Under the pieces are notes generated by a model. The model saw only the letters and a list, made by a program, of their open reading frames with translations. It had not been told where the DNA came from and did not search any database. This document shows, one piece after another, positions 13,730 through 27,541 of a DNA stretch of 64,000 bases (position 1 is its first letter; each line of letters opens with the position of its first letter). The DNA is from Eledone cirrhosa (Eukaryota). The DNA is taken from positions 36,146,001 to 36,210,000 of the forward strand of contig OZ024748.1 in NCBI GenBank assembly GCA_964016885.1. The letters run 5' to 3'. The translations under genes and the position numbers were made by a program.

Positions 13730-13949
13730 TGAAATAAATAATTAAAAAGAAACCCTCTAGATCCCTGCTCTGTCTCTGTCTCTTTCCCTCCTCTCCACAG
13801 TAATCGCTTCTAATACCTATATATGCATGGACCCGTAACTCCCATGGGAGTCTTAGAGGCGCCATCTTGACATACGGCGTTTCTAGGGGAATTTTTAAAA
13901 CCTGGTTGAGCCTATCCCTTTCCGAGTCTGAATAAAGCATATTTCTTCA
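13730..13949 (+). mobile_element. Probable solo LTR
   Basis: TG...CA ends with imperfect terminal inverted repeats TGAAATAAATA/TATTTCTTCA, TATA-like CTATATAT, AATAAA at 13931, flanks TTAAA/TTAGA. Confidence 0.5.
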
Positions 13950-14199
13950 TTAGAGGGATAGAGAGGAAGTAAGAGATATAGAGTAAGAATAGACATCAGT
14001 ACTAGACTAGTACATTTTTTTTATTGACCTCGACGGGGTTTGAACTCAGAGAGTAGAGAGTCAAAACGAATGCCGCAAATCATTCTATCCGACATTCTTA
14101 CGACTCTGCCATTTCGTCGCCTCCCAATAACTATATATATATGGACTCATGACTTCTGATGGCATCGTAGTTGCACCATCCTGACATACGCTCGGAAAA

Positions 14200-14430
14200 C
14201 TAGAGATTTAGAGATGTCAACATGAATGGACCTGTTATTTTTATCTAAAGATATTGTTTCCAATTCCAACCCACCCGTCCCCTCAATCTATCTTATTTCT
14301 CATTCTTTCTTCTGATGAAGGACTAGCGTCCGAAACGTTAAGACCCTCTTCCTGTTATATCAAGCGTTAACCTAATATATCCCTTCCATATACTGTACCG
14401 ATTGTGTTGTTATTTCTGTTTACCTTTTAC
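14200..14430 (+). mobile_element. pLTR-like element with HHR; dispersed minus copy at 30425-30650
   Basis: Direct reverse-complement match to 30425-30650; ends in (TA)n. Confidence 0.8.
14308..14343 (+). ncRNA. Minimal type I hammerhead
   Basis: TCTT-CTGATGA-A-GGAC-TAGC-GTCC-GAAAC-GT-T-AAGA; palindromic ACGT stem III with no loop. Confidence 0.8.
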
Positions 14431-14434
14431 ATAC

Positions 14435-14462
<28 letters not shown>

Positions 14463-14465
<3 letters not shown>

Positions 14466-15240
14466 GGAAAAAGTATGACCCCGACGGAAAAGCTCACGCC
14501 GTTTCGAGGGCTATTTCTGGACTAAATTAGAATTTTTAGCCTGGTAAATAAATAACCGAACTTGTCAAGGGGTACTTCCTTATATGGGAAGATTGTAGTT
14601 GTTGAGAGGAATGGTCAACATTTGTTGTAAACACAAATAAGTCTATCATGGCATTTGGTGGGAGGTAGGGTGGCTGAACTTGCCTGTTGTTCTTTTTTGT
14701 TTTTTTTATTCATTTCTCACTATCCAATGTTTTCTATCTCTCTCTCTCTCTCTATATATATATTTTTTAAATATTTCTTTCTATTATTTTTTATTATCTC
14801 CTACTCTCATTTGACTTACCTATTATAACCTCCCTCCTCCATTTTCTCCAGAACAATTTTTCGACTTTTCATACACTATCCTTAGAATCTGCTGTATAGA
14901 TTTCACTTTCAACGCTTGACCGGCTCCACTCACTCCCTCTTTGTTCTACAGGCAAGTTCAGCCACCCCTAGCTCCCACCAAATGCCATGATAGACTTATT
15001 TGTGTTTACAACAAATTTTGACCATTCCTCTCAACAACTTCAACCTTCCCATATAAGGATGTACCCCTTGACAAGTTCGGCTATTTATTCACCAGGCTAA
15101 AAATTTTAATTTAGTCCAGAAATAGCCGTCGAAACGGCTTGAGCTCTGCCGTCGGGGTCATACTTTTTCCTATTACCCACTCTACTACCCTAAGTATTGA
15201 GTACTCTGGTGCGTTATGGTCCATCTGGTTCCTTACCACA
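14463..15240. mobile_element. Fold-back PLE-derived element in (TA)n
   Basis: 14463-14687 inverted at 14948-15173; 3' tail shared with 16041-16208 and 22391-22510. Confidence 0.85.
15063..15158 (+). ncRNA. Type I hammerhead with U3-A8 covariant core
   Basis: ACCCC-TTGACAA-G..CGGCTATTT...AAATAGCCG.C-GAAA-CGGC-TTGAGCTCT-GCCG-TC-GGGGT. Minus copy at 14478-14573 has the same core. Confidence 0.75.
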
Positions 15241-15267
15241 AAAAAAAAAATATATATATATATATAT

Positions 15268-15334
<67 letters not shown>

Positions 15335-15349
15335 TGGAGAGAGATAGTG

Positions 15350-15690
15350 AGGAACTATCGATCCCCACACTGGACTGATACTTTTAAACGACCTCAAAAG
15401 GAAGAATGTTAACATGACCTGGGTAGGATTTGAACTCACAACACAGGAAACTGGAACAAATATCACAAAGCCTTTCATATGAAGTTCTAACGACTTCCTC
15501 TATGTGGTTCCTTCGGTAGAGGGTTGGACGCCATGCTTTGACGCATAGAGTTACGGTCCTTTCCATTCTGAGTTCAAATCCCGCCGAGGTTAACTTTGCC
15601 TTTCATCCTTACGGGGTCCATAAAATAAAGTACCAGTAATGCACTGGGATAATTGTTGGCCTTGTGCTCAAAGTAGAAACAATTATTAAA
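15350..15690. mobile_element. Two head-to-head tRNA-SINE copies
   Basis: Old minus copy ~15350-15505 (GGATTTGAACTC); plus copy ~15513-15688 with core and tail. Confidence 0.75.
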
Positions 15691-15968
15691 TAAGTATTAT
15701 TTCGAAAACCTGAAGATTTTCAGGCCAGGAACGTTACTAACTAACACGTTCCGTCTATATAGGTACAACCTTTAAACAAAATTGTAACAGTCATAATAAA
15801 AGGACGAGGTTGCAAGACATAACTAAAGGACGCCATAAGTTTACTATAGTTGCTATAAAAATGACAGCGACAAAGGTTCGTTCCTTTGTTAGATACAAAC
15901 ACCTTTTGTTGAGAGGAGATATGGCATACAATAACTATATTCCTACAAATACGTATATACATACGTAC

Positions 15969-16040
<72 letters not shown>

Positions 16041-16043
<3 letters not shown>

Positions 16044-16206
16044 AACGAGTAGGACCCCGACGGCTAATTAGTTCAGAATTAGCCGTCGAAACAGCTTGAG
16101 CTCAGCCGTCGGGGTCCTACTCGTTCCTATTACCCACTCTACTACCCTAAGTATTGAGTACTTTGGTGCGTTATGGTCCACCTGGTTCCTTACCACATTT
16201 CCTTCG

Positions 16207-16208
<2 letters not shown>
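16041..16208 (+). mobile_element. Short inverted/truncated copy of the 15-kb HHR family
   Basis: AGGAACGAGTAGGACCCCGACGGCT inverted at ~16105-16128; keeps GAAAC...GTCGGGGT; between (TA)n tracts. Confidence 0.85.
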
Positions 16209-16303
<95 letters not shown>

Positions 16304-16392
16304 AAATGAAAGTATAGAAATTATTGTGAGCGTGAAGCCAACAGTATTTCATAATATATATAATGTAAATATTTACGTATATATGTATATAT

Positions 16393-17327
16393 ATACTTGG
16401 GGAGGGTCATATTTGTGTAATATTGCCAGAATTAATGACAGAACACTCACTATTTGGTTGGTTTTCGCTTTTCGCTTCTGTGTCCTTTATATCGGTTAAT
16501 TTAATTTATTTGGTCCTCAATGTTGCCATTGACTGACCAACGGTCAAAAATACTGCTGGGTCATTTCTATGTTTAGATATTATTCTAATTTCTATGTTGT
16601 CTATGTTACCGTGGTGTTGTTGTTGTTCAGTACTATACGAACATGCCAGACAATAACACGACGGTAACATAGACAACATAGAAATTAGAATAATATCTAA
16701 ATATAGAAACGACCCAGCAGATAGGCAAATCAGAGAGACCAGTGAAATAGAACTTAGAAGGCCAAGGCTAAACAGAAAAAATGAATTGAATAACAATAAC
16801 ACCCAAACAAACAACACTGACCTAAGAGAAGTATAAATAAATAGATAAATAAATAAATACTTACACAAGCACAATAGCAACAAACACATATAAACACACA
16901 CTAGTAAAGATAGAATACATTAACCAATACACAGTCACCCAATCACGAACACACATCAAACAAAACACTATACACACACGCAAACGCATGCGCAAAGAAG
17001 ACAAAAATAAACAAATAAATAAATATATAAACAGACTAAATAAAGATGGCGTTGAAAATACAATGCAACGGGAGGAAACAATAGCACCACTGACGATGTT
17101 GCAGATGTGCAACGAAAGAACTTTGATAAACTATATATATGTGTTTGTGTCTATATTATATCTGTATTTCTGACCGTTGGTCAGTCAATGGCAACATTGA
17201 GGACCGAATAAATTAAATTAACCGATATAAAGGACACAGAAGCGAAAAGCGAAAACCAACCAAACAGTGAGTGTGTTCTGTTATTAATTCTGGCAATATT
17301 ACACAAATATGACCCTCCCCAAGTATA
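16393..17327. mobile_element. Nested fold-back element with hammerhead motif
   Basis: Outer arms ~16393-16552 / 17164-17327; inner arms ~16553-16623 / 16650-16720; CTGACGA-T-GTTGCA-GATG-TGCAAC-GAAAG-AA-CT-T at 17090-17123. Confidence 0.8.
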
Positions 17328-17472
17328 ACAATATTTGTTTCGACACACGATTTCATATCAAAAACTTCGCAAAACTAATTCATCGCCGTTATATATATAC
17401 GTAAATATTTACATTTACATATATATACATACATACATATATAGATGTACATAAATATATACATACATATAT

Positions 17473-17515
<43 letters not shown>

Positions 17516-19442
17516 TACATACCTACATACATACATATATACATATTTGTATGCATCTATACACATCTATATATATATGTATAGACATCTCTCATAAATG
17601 TATTCATACAGACACACTAATCCCTGCACTGTGATTCGTCTCTACTGAAGACCATAACAAAGCCACGAAAAAAGTACTTTCGACAGTCGTTGGTTAATAT
17701 ATATATATATATATATATATACACCTATATATATGGAAAGTTATATTTAAATTGTTGGGTTACAACTAGTAAATATTAATAACTGATATAAAAGCACTCG
17801 ACAAGTATTTGGAGTATATTTACGATATTAAATAAATGGAAACTATATTTATAAAACCATATTTATTTCATGATATATATTTCAGGGATATCATATTAAC
17901 AACATGCTATGCCTTCCTCAGACAAAATACAATATAAACAGTTTTATAGATAAATAGATTTGACATACCGTACAACATCGACTTGTATTTGAAAAGTTGA
18001 ATTGGCAGTGAAAAAATTGTAAACAGAAAGAAAGAAAGAGAAAAAAAAAAAGAAAGACAGAAAACGAAGAAAAAGAAGAAAAAGAAGAAATGCATGGAAC
18101 AAAATAGAGAGATGGAAAGATAGATAAAGAGAAGAACTTCATGTAAAGAAACAGAGAGAGATATATATAGAGAGAGGAAATAGATAGAGATAGATATATA
18201 TATAGAAAAATATGTAGTTGGACATCCGTTGAGTAAACGTATCAATGATACATTTATTTATTTATTTATTTATTTAGCTCTAGTATTAATGTAAGGGAGA
18301 TATATGTGGTTAGGAGAGAAACCAGCTGTTATATATAGAGAAAAATGAAAAGTAACCAGACATAGGCGAGGCATAAAAACCCTATGTTTTAATGTAGAAG
18401 TATTAATATGTATAAAAACCAGGCACTATATTGAAAATATCAGTATTCCTGAATGAGACACGTAACCATAATGTGTGAAAAGTAATGATCTTATGTTTAG
18501 TTTTAAAAAATTCATATGTTTATATGATAACTACAAACATCGATGTGAATTTACATGATCAACTCTGCAAACCCTAAGTTCACACGGAAAACATTCTCAT
18601 TGTGCTATAAAAATTTAAGTATACACATATGTGTATATATATACACATATATATATATAGAGTCTATATTACTACTATTCTTGTCTTTACTCTACAAGAT
18701 TATCTATCAAGCAGAAATAGAGAGCAGATTTCAATATATTAATAAAAAATATATCAGAAACAAAAACCAAAAAACAACAATAATAATAATAATAATAATA
18801 AATAAATAATAATAAAATAGAAAACGAAAAAATATTACGAAAAAATATTACATATTAAAAATATTACATATTAAAAATATTACATATTAAAAATAAAAAT
18901 ATTAGAAAATACTACAATAATAAAAATAAACCACAAAGATCAACCCTTCAAAATTAATTGACAATATATTGCCAAGTTCATTATAAGCATCAGAGTCGAA
19001 AACAGATAAAGCTAAAAATTATTTATCAAATCGCATCTAGCAAAAAACATTTCAAAAAGTTTAGGATGCCCATTTGATCTACATGTGTTCTTATATTTAA
19101 TATAGAAGTTTATCTAGTGTAACGTTTATTCGAAATATTTGGAGCATCAACTTTTAGGGTAGTTTAATTTTTCATGAAGAATGTTTAAATAAAAATAAAA
19201 ATAAAACTAAAAAGAAGAATAAAAAGAAGAAATCGAAAGATTTATCGGCTAGTTTCCCAAATAATTATAAATCAAACTAAATATACTACATTTTAAATTT
19301 AAATTTATATTTAAAAGTTGAGTTTAATCTATGTTTGCAGCAACTGAATAAATTTGTCCGTAGATTAAGGGAATTTTTAGATTTTAGTATAAAGAATATC
19401 TCCTCTGCGCAGAGGTCACATGTCTCAGAGGATGAATTAAAA

Positions 19443-20461
19443 TAACATTAAATCTCAACACATGTCTTCACTATCCTTTTCACAAGTTGAATGAAAACTT
19501 AAACTATGTCAGCTTTAACTCTAACCACCCCAGATCTGTCAAAAACACTATAGTAAACTCAGTTCAAAAACGTATCTCTAGAATCTCGTCTAATAGAAAG
19601 ATTTTCGACGAAAAAGCCCAGTACTACAATGAAGTGTTAGCTAGAGCAGGATATACTGATAAGATTATGTACATAGATAATGATAGACAAACTAAACAAA
19701 ATAACAACTATTTTAATTACGGCAACAACCTTAACAACTATAATAGAAAGCATTACAATAATTACAAGGGCCAAAAAAGAAATAGAACTAGGAACATAAT
19801 TTGGTTTGCCCCCCCTTTCTCACTAAACATTAAAACCCACATCGCTAAACTATTTTTTAAAGCTCTTGATAATCGCTTCCCTAGAACACATAGGTATCAC
19901 TCAATTTTCAATAGACATACTATAAAATTAACCTACTCATCCACCAAAAATTTAGCACAAAATATTAATAGAATAAATAATAGGAACTTAAAACCTAGTG
20001 ATAATAGCATAAATAATATACAAGTTAACAAATGTAACTGTAGAGATAGATCTAAATGTCCGTTAAATAACAACTGCTTAGTTAAAAATATAGTATACAA
20101 TTGTAATGTTAAAACTGATTCTAATTCTTTTAACTACGTCGGTTCGACATCGACGGAATTTAAACTTCGCTATAATAACCACAAGAATTCTTTCACAGAT
20201 CCAAGCAAAAAATCTTCAACGGCACTATCAGGCGTACTCTGGCAACTTAAGCTAGATAACGTTAGATATTCGACGGGTTGGAATATATTCTCAAGGGGGA
20301 TTCCTTTTAATTCATCCTCTGAGACATGTGACCTCTGCGCAGAGGAGATATTCTTTATACTAAAATCTAAAAATTCCCTTAATCTACGGACAAATTTATT
20401 CAGTTGCTGCAAACATAGATTAAACTCAACTTTTAAATATAAATTTAAATTTAAAATGTAG
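19443..20461 (+). pseudogene. PLE C-terminal thumb, Cys-rich linker and GIY-YIG endonuclease (open, 5'-truncated)
   Basis: SNHPRSV, IIWFAPPFS, CNCR...CPL...CL..NIVY...YVGST..FKLRYNNH, CDLC.EE; no RT catalytic core. Confidence 0.88.
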
Positions 20462-21819
20462 TATATTTAGTTTGATTTATAATTATTTGGGAAACTAGCC
20501 GATAAATCTTTCGATTTCTTCTTTTTATTCTTCTTTTTAGTTTTATTTTTATTTTTATTTAAACATTCTTCATGAAAAATTAAACTACCCTAAAAGTTGA
20601 TGCTCCAAATATTTCGAATAAACGTTACACTAGATAAACTTCTATATTAAATATAAGAACACATGTAGACCAAATGGGCATCCTAAACTTTTTGAAATAT
20701 TTTTTGCTAGATGCGATTTGATAAATAATTTTTAGCTTTATCTGTTTTCGACTCTGATGCTTATAATGAACTTGGCAATATATTGTCAATTAATTTTGAA
20801 GGGTTGATCTTTGTGGTTTATTTTTATTATTGTAGTATTTTCTAATATTTTTATTTTTAATATGTAATATTTTTAATATGTAATATTTTTAATATGTAAT
20901 ATTTTTTCGTAATATTTTTTCGTTTTCTATTTTATTATTATTTATTTATTATTATTATTATTATTATTGTTGTTTTTTGGTTTTTGTTTCTGATATATTT
21001 TTTATTAATATATTGAAATCTGCTCTCTATTTCTGCTTGATAGATAATCTTGTAGAGTAAAGACAAGAATAGTAGTAATATAGACTCTATATATATATAT
21101 GTGTATATATATACACATATGTGTATACTTAAATTTTTATAGCACAATGAGAATGTTTTCCGTGTGAACTTAGGGTTTGCAGAGTTGATCATGTAAATTC
21201 ACATCGATGTTTGTAGTTATCATATAAACATATGAATTTTTTAAAACTAAACATAAGATCATTACTTTCCACACATTATGGTTACGTGTCTCATTCAGGA
21301 ATACTGATATTTTCAATATAGTGCCTGGTTTTTATACATATTAATACTTCTACATTAAAACATAGGGTTTTTATGCCTCGCCTATGTCTGGTTACTTTTC
21401 ATTTTTCTCTATATATAACAGCTGGTTTCTCTCCTAACCACATATATCTCCCTTACATTAATACTAGAGCTAAATAAATAAATAAATAAATAAATGTATC
21501 ATTGATACGTTTACTCAACGGATGTCCAACTACATATTTTTCTATATATATATCTATCTCTATCTATTTCCTCTCTCTATATATATCTCTCTCTGTTTCT
21601 TTACATGAAGTTCTTCTCTTTATCTATCTTTCCATCTCTCTATTTTGTTCCATGCATTTCTTCTTTTTCTTCTTTTACTTCGTTTTCTGTCTTTCTTTTT
21701 TTTTTTTTCTCTTTCTTTCTTTCTGTTTACAATTTTTTCACTGCCAATTCAACTTTTCAAATACAAGTCGATGTTGTACGGTATGTCAAATCTATTTATC
21801 TATAAAACTGTTTATATTG

Positions 21820-21885
21820 TATTTTGTCTGAGGAAGGCATAGCATATTGTTAATATGATATCCCTGAAATATATATCATGAAATA
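21820..21885 (+). ncRNA. Type I hammerhead at the PLE 3' end (mirror at 17864-17929, minus)
   Basis: TATTTTGT/ATGAAATA stem I, CTGAGGA, stem II with 12 of 14 pairs, GAAA-TATATA-TC (AUC site). Confidence 0.75.
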
Positions 21886-21977
21886 AATATGGTTTTATAA
21901 ATATAGTTTCCATTTATTTAATATCGTACACCTATATATATATATATCCATACTCACACACACACATATATATATAC

Positions 21978-22090
<113 letters not shown>

Positions 22091-22353
22091 CATATATGTG
22101 TGTGTGTGTGTATAATAAATCTAAAGTATGAAAAAACAGAGAACAGCTCGATATAATAATGGCACATTAGTGGAACGCTTATAAGAAGTTTGAAAAAATT
22201 CCTAATGTTTCGGATGCTAATCAGCAATCTGAGTATTGATAGATAAAGAAGAGTGAATGTTTGAGAAAACAAAGAAAGAGAGGTATAAGAAAAATAGGAT
22301 AACAGAAAAAAAGAGGAAAGAACATGTATAGTTAGTAGTCAGCATTCCATAGA

Positions 22354-22390
<37 letters not shown>

Positions 22391-22392
<2 letters not shown>

Positions 22393-22505
22393 ACGAAGGA
22401 AATGTGGTAAGGAACCAGGTGGACCATAACGCACCAAAGTACTCAATACTTAGGGTAGTAGAGTGGGTAATAGGCTTGAGCTCAGCCGTCGGGGTCTTAC
22501 TGGTT

Positions 22506-22510
<5 letters not shown>
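22391..22510 (-). mobile_element. Short inverted copy of the 15/16-kb family
   Basis: Minus-strand tail joined to plus-strand CTTGAGCTCAGCCGTCGGGGTC; (TA)n on both sides. Confidence 0.85.
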
Positions 22511-22570
<60 letters not shown>

Positions 22571-22672
22571 ATATAAATCGGTGTGTGTGCATACACACGT
22601 GCTTACATATACATGTGTTCCTAATCTAACCGAATATGATATATTTATAAATATCAGGTTTTATTGTCTCTC

Positions 22673-22835
<163 letters not shown>

Positions 22836-23200
22836 CGATAGACAGAGAGAGAGAGAAAGAAAGAAGAGGAGTTTTAAGATGTAGAATTTGCTTATTTTTG
22901 CTTATCGTAATCTCCTAATACCTTCTGACAAATGGTCCTGTGTGACGCAAACTGGCTTGCTTTATGTCATTAGAAGCAATTATAATATTTGATGTCTGGA
23001 TCAAATGTTCAGTCATTAGAGACATCATTACAGTTAGTTCCATGTAATAAATGTTCTTTGTAAGTATTTCCACCCACTTCTACTTTCACTTTCATATTCG
23101 CCAACGTGAAAGGTTGGATGTTTCGCTGCCGACATTGTATTCAGTGATACGTCCTGCTTTACATTTTACTTAGAACGATATGGACAAAAATCGCTGCTGA

Positions 23201-23226
23201 CTACTACTACTACTACTACTACTACA

Positions 23227-23295
<69 letters not shown>
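23201..23295. repeat. (CTA)n microsatellite
   Basis: Direct. Confidence 0.95.
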
Positions 23296-23296
<1 letters not shown>

Positions 23297-23470
23297 ACAA
23301 GTTAACGCTACATGTGAAGTACTAATATTGTTTTATTAGTCTCTATCTATCTACCTAGTTATCTATCTATTTAGCTCCTTCTCTCTCCCTCTCCCTCCCT
23401 CTCTCTCTATGTATATATATATAAATACGCGCGCGCACACACACACACACACACATACATATATTTATAC

Positions 23471-23579
<109 letters not shown>

Positions 23580-24399
23580 ATGTATATTTACACGCATATT
23601 TATATCTAAGTAATCCGAATGTCTGGGAATGATAGTTCTGTTATTCTTTGAAGTAGGAAGTAGATTGGAATCGGGTCAAGAATTTGGTTTTCTCAAGAAA
23701 ACACTTTAAACATTGGCCAAAACTGTACCGACAATTCCTTCTTTCATCTCTTTGATTTACCATTTCTCGTCTTCTCTACAAATACAGCATTCCTCATGTA
23801 AACAATCAGTTTTCTCTATATCTCTGTGTGTGTGTGTATCTGTGCGTGTGTGTGTGTGTGTGTGTGTTATCTGTGTGCGTGTGCAAGTGTGCGCGCGTGT
23901 GTTTGTGCGCGTGTGTGTATTCATGCGCCCAAGTGTGTGTATATGTGTATATGTGAGTTTATATAAGTGTGTGACAGCGTGTGAAATGCACAAAACCAGA
24001 GAGTTGAACCAAAATATATTCCGGTATTTCGATCCATCTCAAGTATTTTGTTTTACTCCATTGTAATCTCGCTTAACGTTTACTACGAACTCGATAACAT
24101 CACTACCATACAATATAACGGAAGGTAATACTCCAGCATGGGCGTAGTCTAAGTACTATAACCATACCTTAATAAAAGAATATACATTTTTTATATACCG
24201 TGGCTAACGTTGTGTATATCCGGTTTAGAATACATACCTCGTGTATATCCGGTTTAGAATGCATACCTCGGAAGAGACGAAAAAGAGCGTTGACACCAGA
24301 AAAATCATTCAACCATGAACCATTGTCTCAAACGTCATGGTAAGTAGGAATGCTGTAATGGCCAGAACGTGGCTATTTCCTATTTTATTGTGGAAAATA

Positions 24400-24755
24400 A
24401 GCCCTGTTTTTTATAAGTTGGATAATGAAAAACTAACAAAAGCGATCACAAAAAGGATTAATGGCGCATTCACGTGAATGCTTAGAGCACAAGGAGCAAA
24501 TAAATCGCTCTACGACTCACACCTTTGTCTTTCTGGCATCATCAGGTGTATGAGGCTGACATTAGCCGGCGGATATGAGAAATATCACAATGAACCTGCT
24601 GGTAGAGTTCTTTTCTGGAAACCTGATGTATGCAGATGAGTTAGGAGACCAACCATCTGACTGAAGGATGTTCTTGAAGATGACATTGGACAGGAGGCAG
24701 CGGAGGAAATTTAGACAGTAATGTTAGACATGGTGAGCTGGAGGAAGAACTTCGT
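24400..24755 (+). mobile_element. Decayed RTE-clade LINE 3' coding fragment
   Basis: Hand translation KRINGAFT*MLRA...IIRCMRLTLAG...EPAGRVLFWKP...RRP...DVLEDDIG...MLDMVSWR resembles RTE C-termini. Confidence 0.65.
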
Positions 24756-25714
24756 CGTGGCAATGGTAGTGGATGTATAGAAGAAGGGGGTGGAAAAGGA
24801 GGAGAAGGCTAATGTAGTTCAAAATACAGAATCTGTTTTTTTTTTTTAATATAAAATAAGAGACGAAGTTTTGAGAAGGTGAACGTCTTTGTTTAGGGAT
24901 CTTTTGGATCAGAAGGGATTAATCCTCTAAAGAAGCATTATTAAAACAAGATTAATAAACGGGTTAATCATCGTTATTGCGCAGGGCTGACCCGAAACTA
25001 AACAACAATCACTTACACAACAACAGACAAATCCCATGTCTATACAACACCAGAAGACAACTTAGTTAATTGTTATCGATTATTCTTCACGTGGACTAGA
25101 ATGTATACCGAAAAGAAATGAAAACAAAACAAAAAGAAATTCCCAAGAACAAAATAATAAAGAAAATTTGTAAAATAAAATAAAATAAGATAAAAACTAA
25201 TAAATTGGGGAAATTACGAAGACTTTAATTATGAGTAGCAAGACGGTGAAAACTAATATTCCACTGATATATTCGTGTATTATGTGGTGGCAAAAACGTC
25301 TCGCATTCTTATGTAAAATAGACCATTCCTAAACATATGTTAATACATTAAATTTCCCTTCTCTAAACGTATAGTTCAACACATTACCTAAAGATCTCTT
25401 GTATAATGGCTGCCGTCCTTTCACGGCGTAATCTCCGCAGCGTTTCCACCAGAATGCTTTATAAATTACATCTGCCTTAGTTTAACTAAACATTTATTTT
25501 CTTTAATGTTCGTTTAGTATTTCTTCTACATCTTTATCTTTTTCTTTCTTTTTTTGTTTGGTTTTCTTTGTTTTTGTTTGGTTTTCTAGTTAGTTTTAAC
25601 TAAAGACATTCATTGCTTACAGAGATTTATTCAAAGATGGGTATCTAAGAAACCAAATTACAATTTAACATGTCGCCTGTTTCAGGCATTTGGATCTCAG
25701 AACGATATAAGTTA

Positions 25715-25817
<103 letters not shown>

Positions 25818-25947
25818 GAGAGAGGGAGAGAGAGATGTATGTATATATATGTACATATATAGATATGTAACTCGGTGTCTCTCTAATGTTGATAATATCT
25901 CGACTCAGCACATCACCGAGTCTTGTATTCAATCATTACTTTTTTTT

Positions 25948-26251
25948 AAGCCTTTCATCTTTACGGGGTCGATAAAATAAAGTACCAGTAATGCACTGAG
26001 TAATTGCTGGCCTTGTGCCTAAAGTAGAAACAATTACTTTTTTTTAAACAGTATCGGTAGAGAGTCGGACGCCATGCTTTCCAGCATAGTTACGTCCCTT
26101 TACGATCTGAGTTCAAATCCCGCCGAGGTTAACTTTGCCTTTCATCCTTACGGGGTCGATAAAATAAAGTACCAGTAATGCACTGGGTAATTGCTGGCCT
26201 TGTGCTTAAAATAGAAACAATTGCTTTTTTTAAATGTATCTTTAAATATAA

Positions 26252-26293
<42 letters not shown>

Positions 26294-26348
26294 ATAGATA
26301 TACATATTTATATGTATGTATATAGATATACATATTTATGTGTGTATG

Positions 26349-26389
<41 letters not shown>

Positions 26390-26640
26390 TGTTGTTGTTG
26401 TTGTTGTTGTTAAGGGACGGGTGAATGAGTACTCAATACCGAACTAGAGTTTAATAATTGTTTCTACTTTAGGCACAAGGCCAGCAATTACCCAGTGCAT
26501 TACTGGTACTTTATTTTATCGACCCCGTAAGGATGAAAGGCAAAGTCAACCTCGGTGGGATTTGAACTCAGATCGTAAAGGGACGTAACTATGCTGGAAA
26601 GCATGGCGTCCGACCCTCTACCGATACTGACTGCCAATCC
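25948..26640. mobile_element. Cluster of three tRNA-SINE copies
   Basis: Plus 25948-26036 and 26048-26222; minus 26455-26640. Confidence 0.85.
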
Positions 26641-26964
26641 AATAATATTCTTATGACTAAGTGATAAGTCTTGTTAATTTGAAATTTCACCTGTTTACAG
26701 GATCTTCAGGTGAAACTCCAGAGTAACAAGACTCCTCTTCCTCCATTCACAATAAAAATATATATAAATATTGTTATATTTGATGAGGGTCACGTTGTCC
26801 TGACATTGCCAATAATAAAACACACTCACTTTCGTTTGGGCGTCAGTTCAGTATATCTTTATATTTTAATAAATATTTCACTTGTCAATCAATGTTTAAC
26901 ATTGAATGAACAAAAGTTAATATTATAAATATAAATATAAACAAATTGTTGTCTCGAAAATCGA

Positions 26965-27443
26965 GTTGAGACGCGAGTGTATTAGAATTTATAGAATAAT
27001 GAGGAACTCAACTCGAGGATAGCTGCCAAAACGGTAGAATACCGTGAAGGACGGCGTTGGATAAAATCATACTTGAAAGGACGGCTTGGGTAAAATTGTA
27101 CCCGAAAGGAAGTGTTGGGTAAAATTGTACCTGAAAGGAGGCAAGATTTTACCCAAGGCCGTCCTTGATGGTATTTTAATGTTTTGGCAGCTATCCTTTC
27201 GTTGAGTCCCTTATTATTTTATAAATTCTAGGCGGTGTATTAGCAGTATAGGTAGAGGGTCTGATGCCATGCTTTCCAGCATAGTTACGTCCCTTTACGG
27301 TCTGAGTTCAAATCCCGCCGAGGTTAACTTTGCCTTTCATCCTTACGGGGACGATAAAATAAAGTACCAGTAATGTACTGGGTAATTGCTGGACTTGTGC
27401 CAAAAGTAGAAACAATTATTTTATAAATTCTAATATTTTCTCA
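26965..27443. mobile_element. MITE-like inverted-repeat element interrupted by a SINE
   Basis: Arms ~26982-27068 / 27145-27230; the right arm resumes after the SINE. Confidence 0.65.
27231..27414 (+). mobile_element. Full-length tRNA-SINE with 18-bp TSD
   Basis: ATTATTTTATAAATTCTA at 27213-27230 and 27415-27432. Confidence 0.9.
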
Positions 27444-27541
27444 AAGTTCTTTCGTCACTCATATACTTTTTTCTGTGACATCTTCAATGATTTCCTCCCG
27501 TTGTGTTTCTATAAATATTGATTTTTTTCTTTGTTTTCCAG

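Larger units (their letters stand above)
17735..21927. mobile_element. 5'-truncated Penelope-like element with 1.62-kb inverted duplication
   Basis: 17821-19442 is the near-identical reverse complement of 20305-21928; TACACCTATATATA directly repeated at 17720 and 21927. Confidence 0.92.

Noticed and set aside
27475-27541. N-terminal part of the 93-aa ORF
   Set aside because: It is the intron polypyrimidine tract; the exon begins at 27542.
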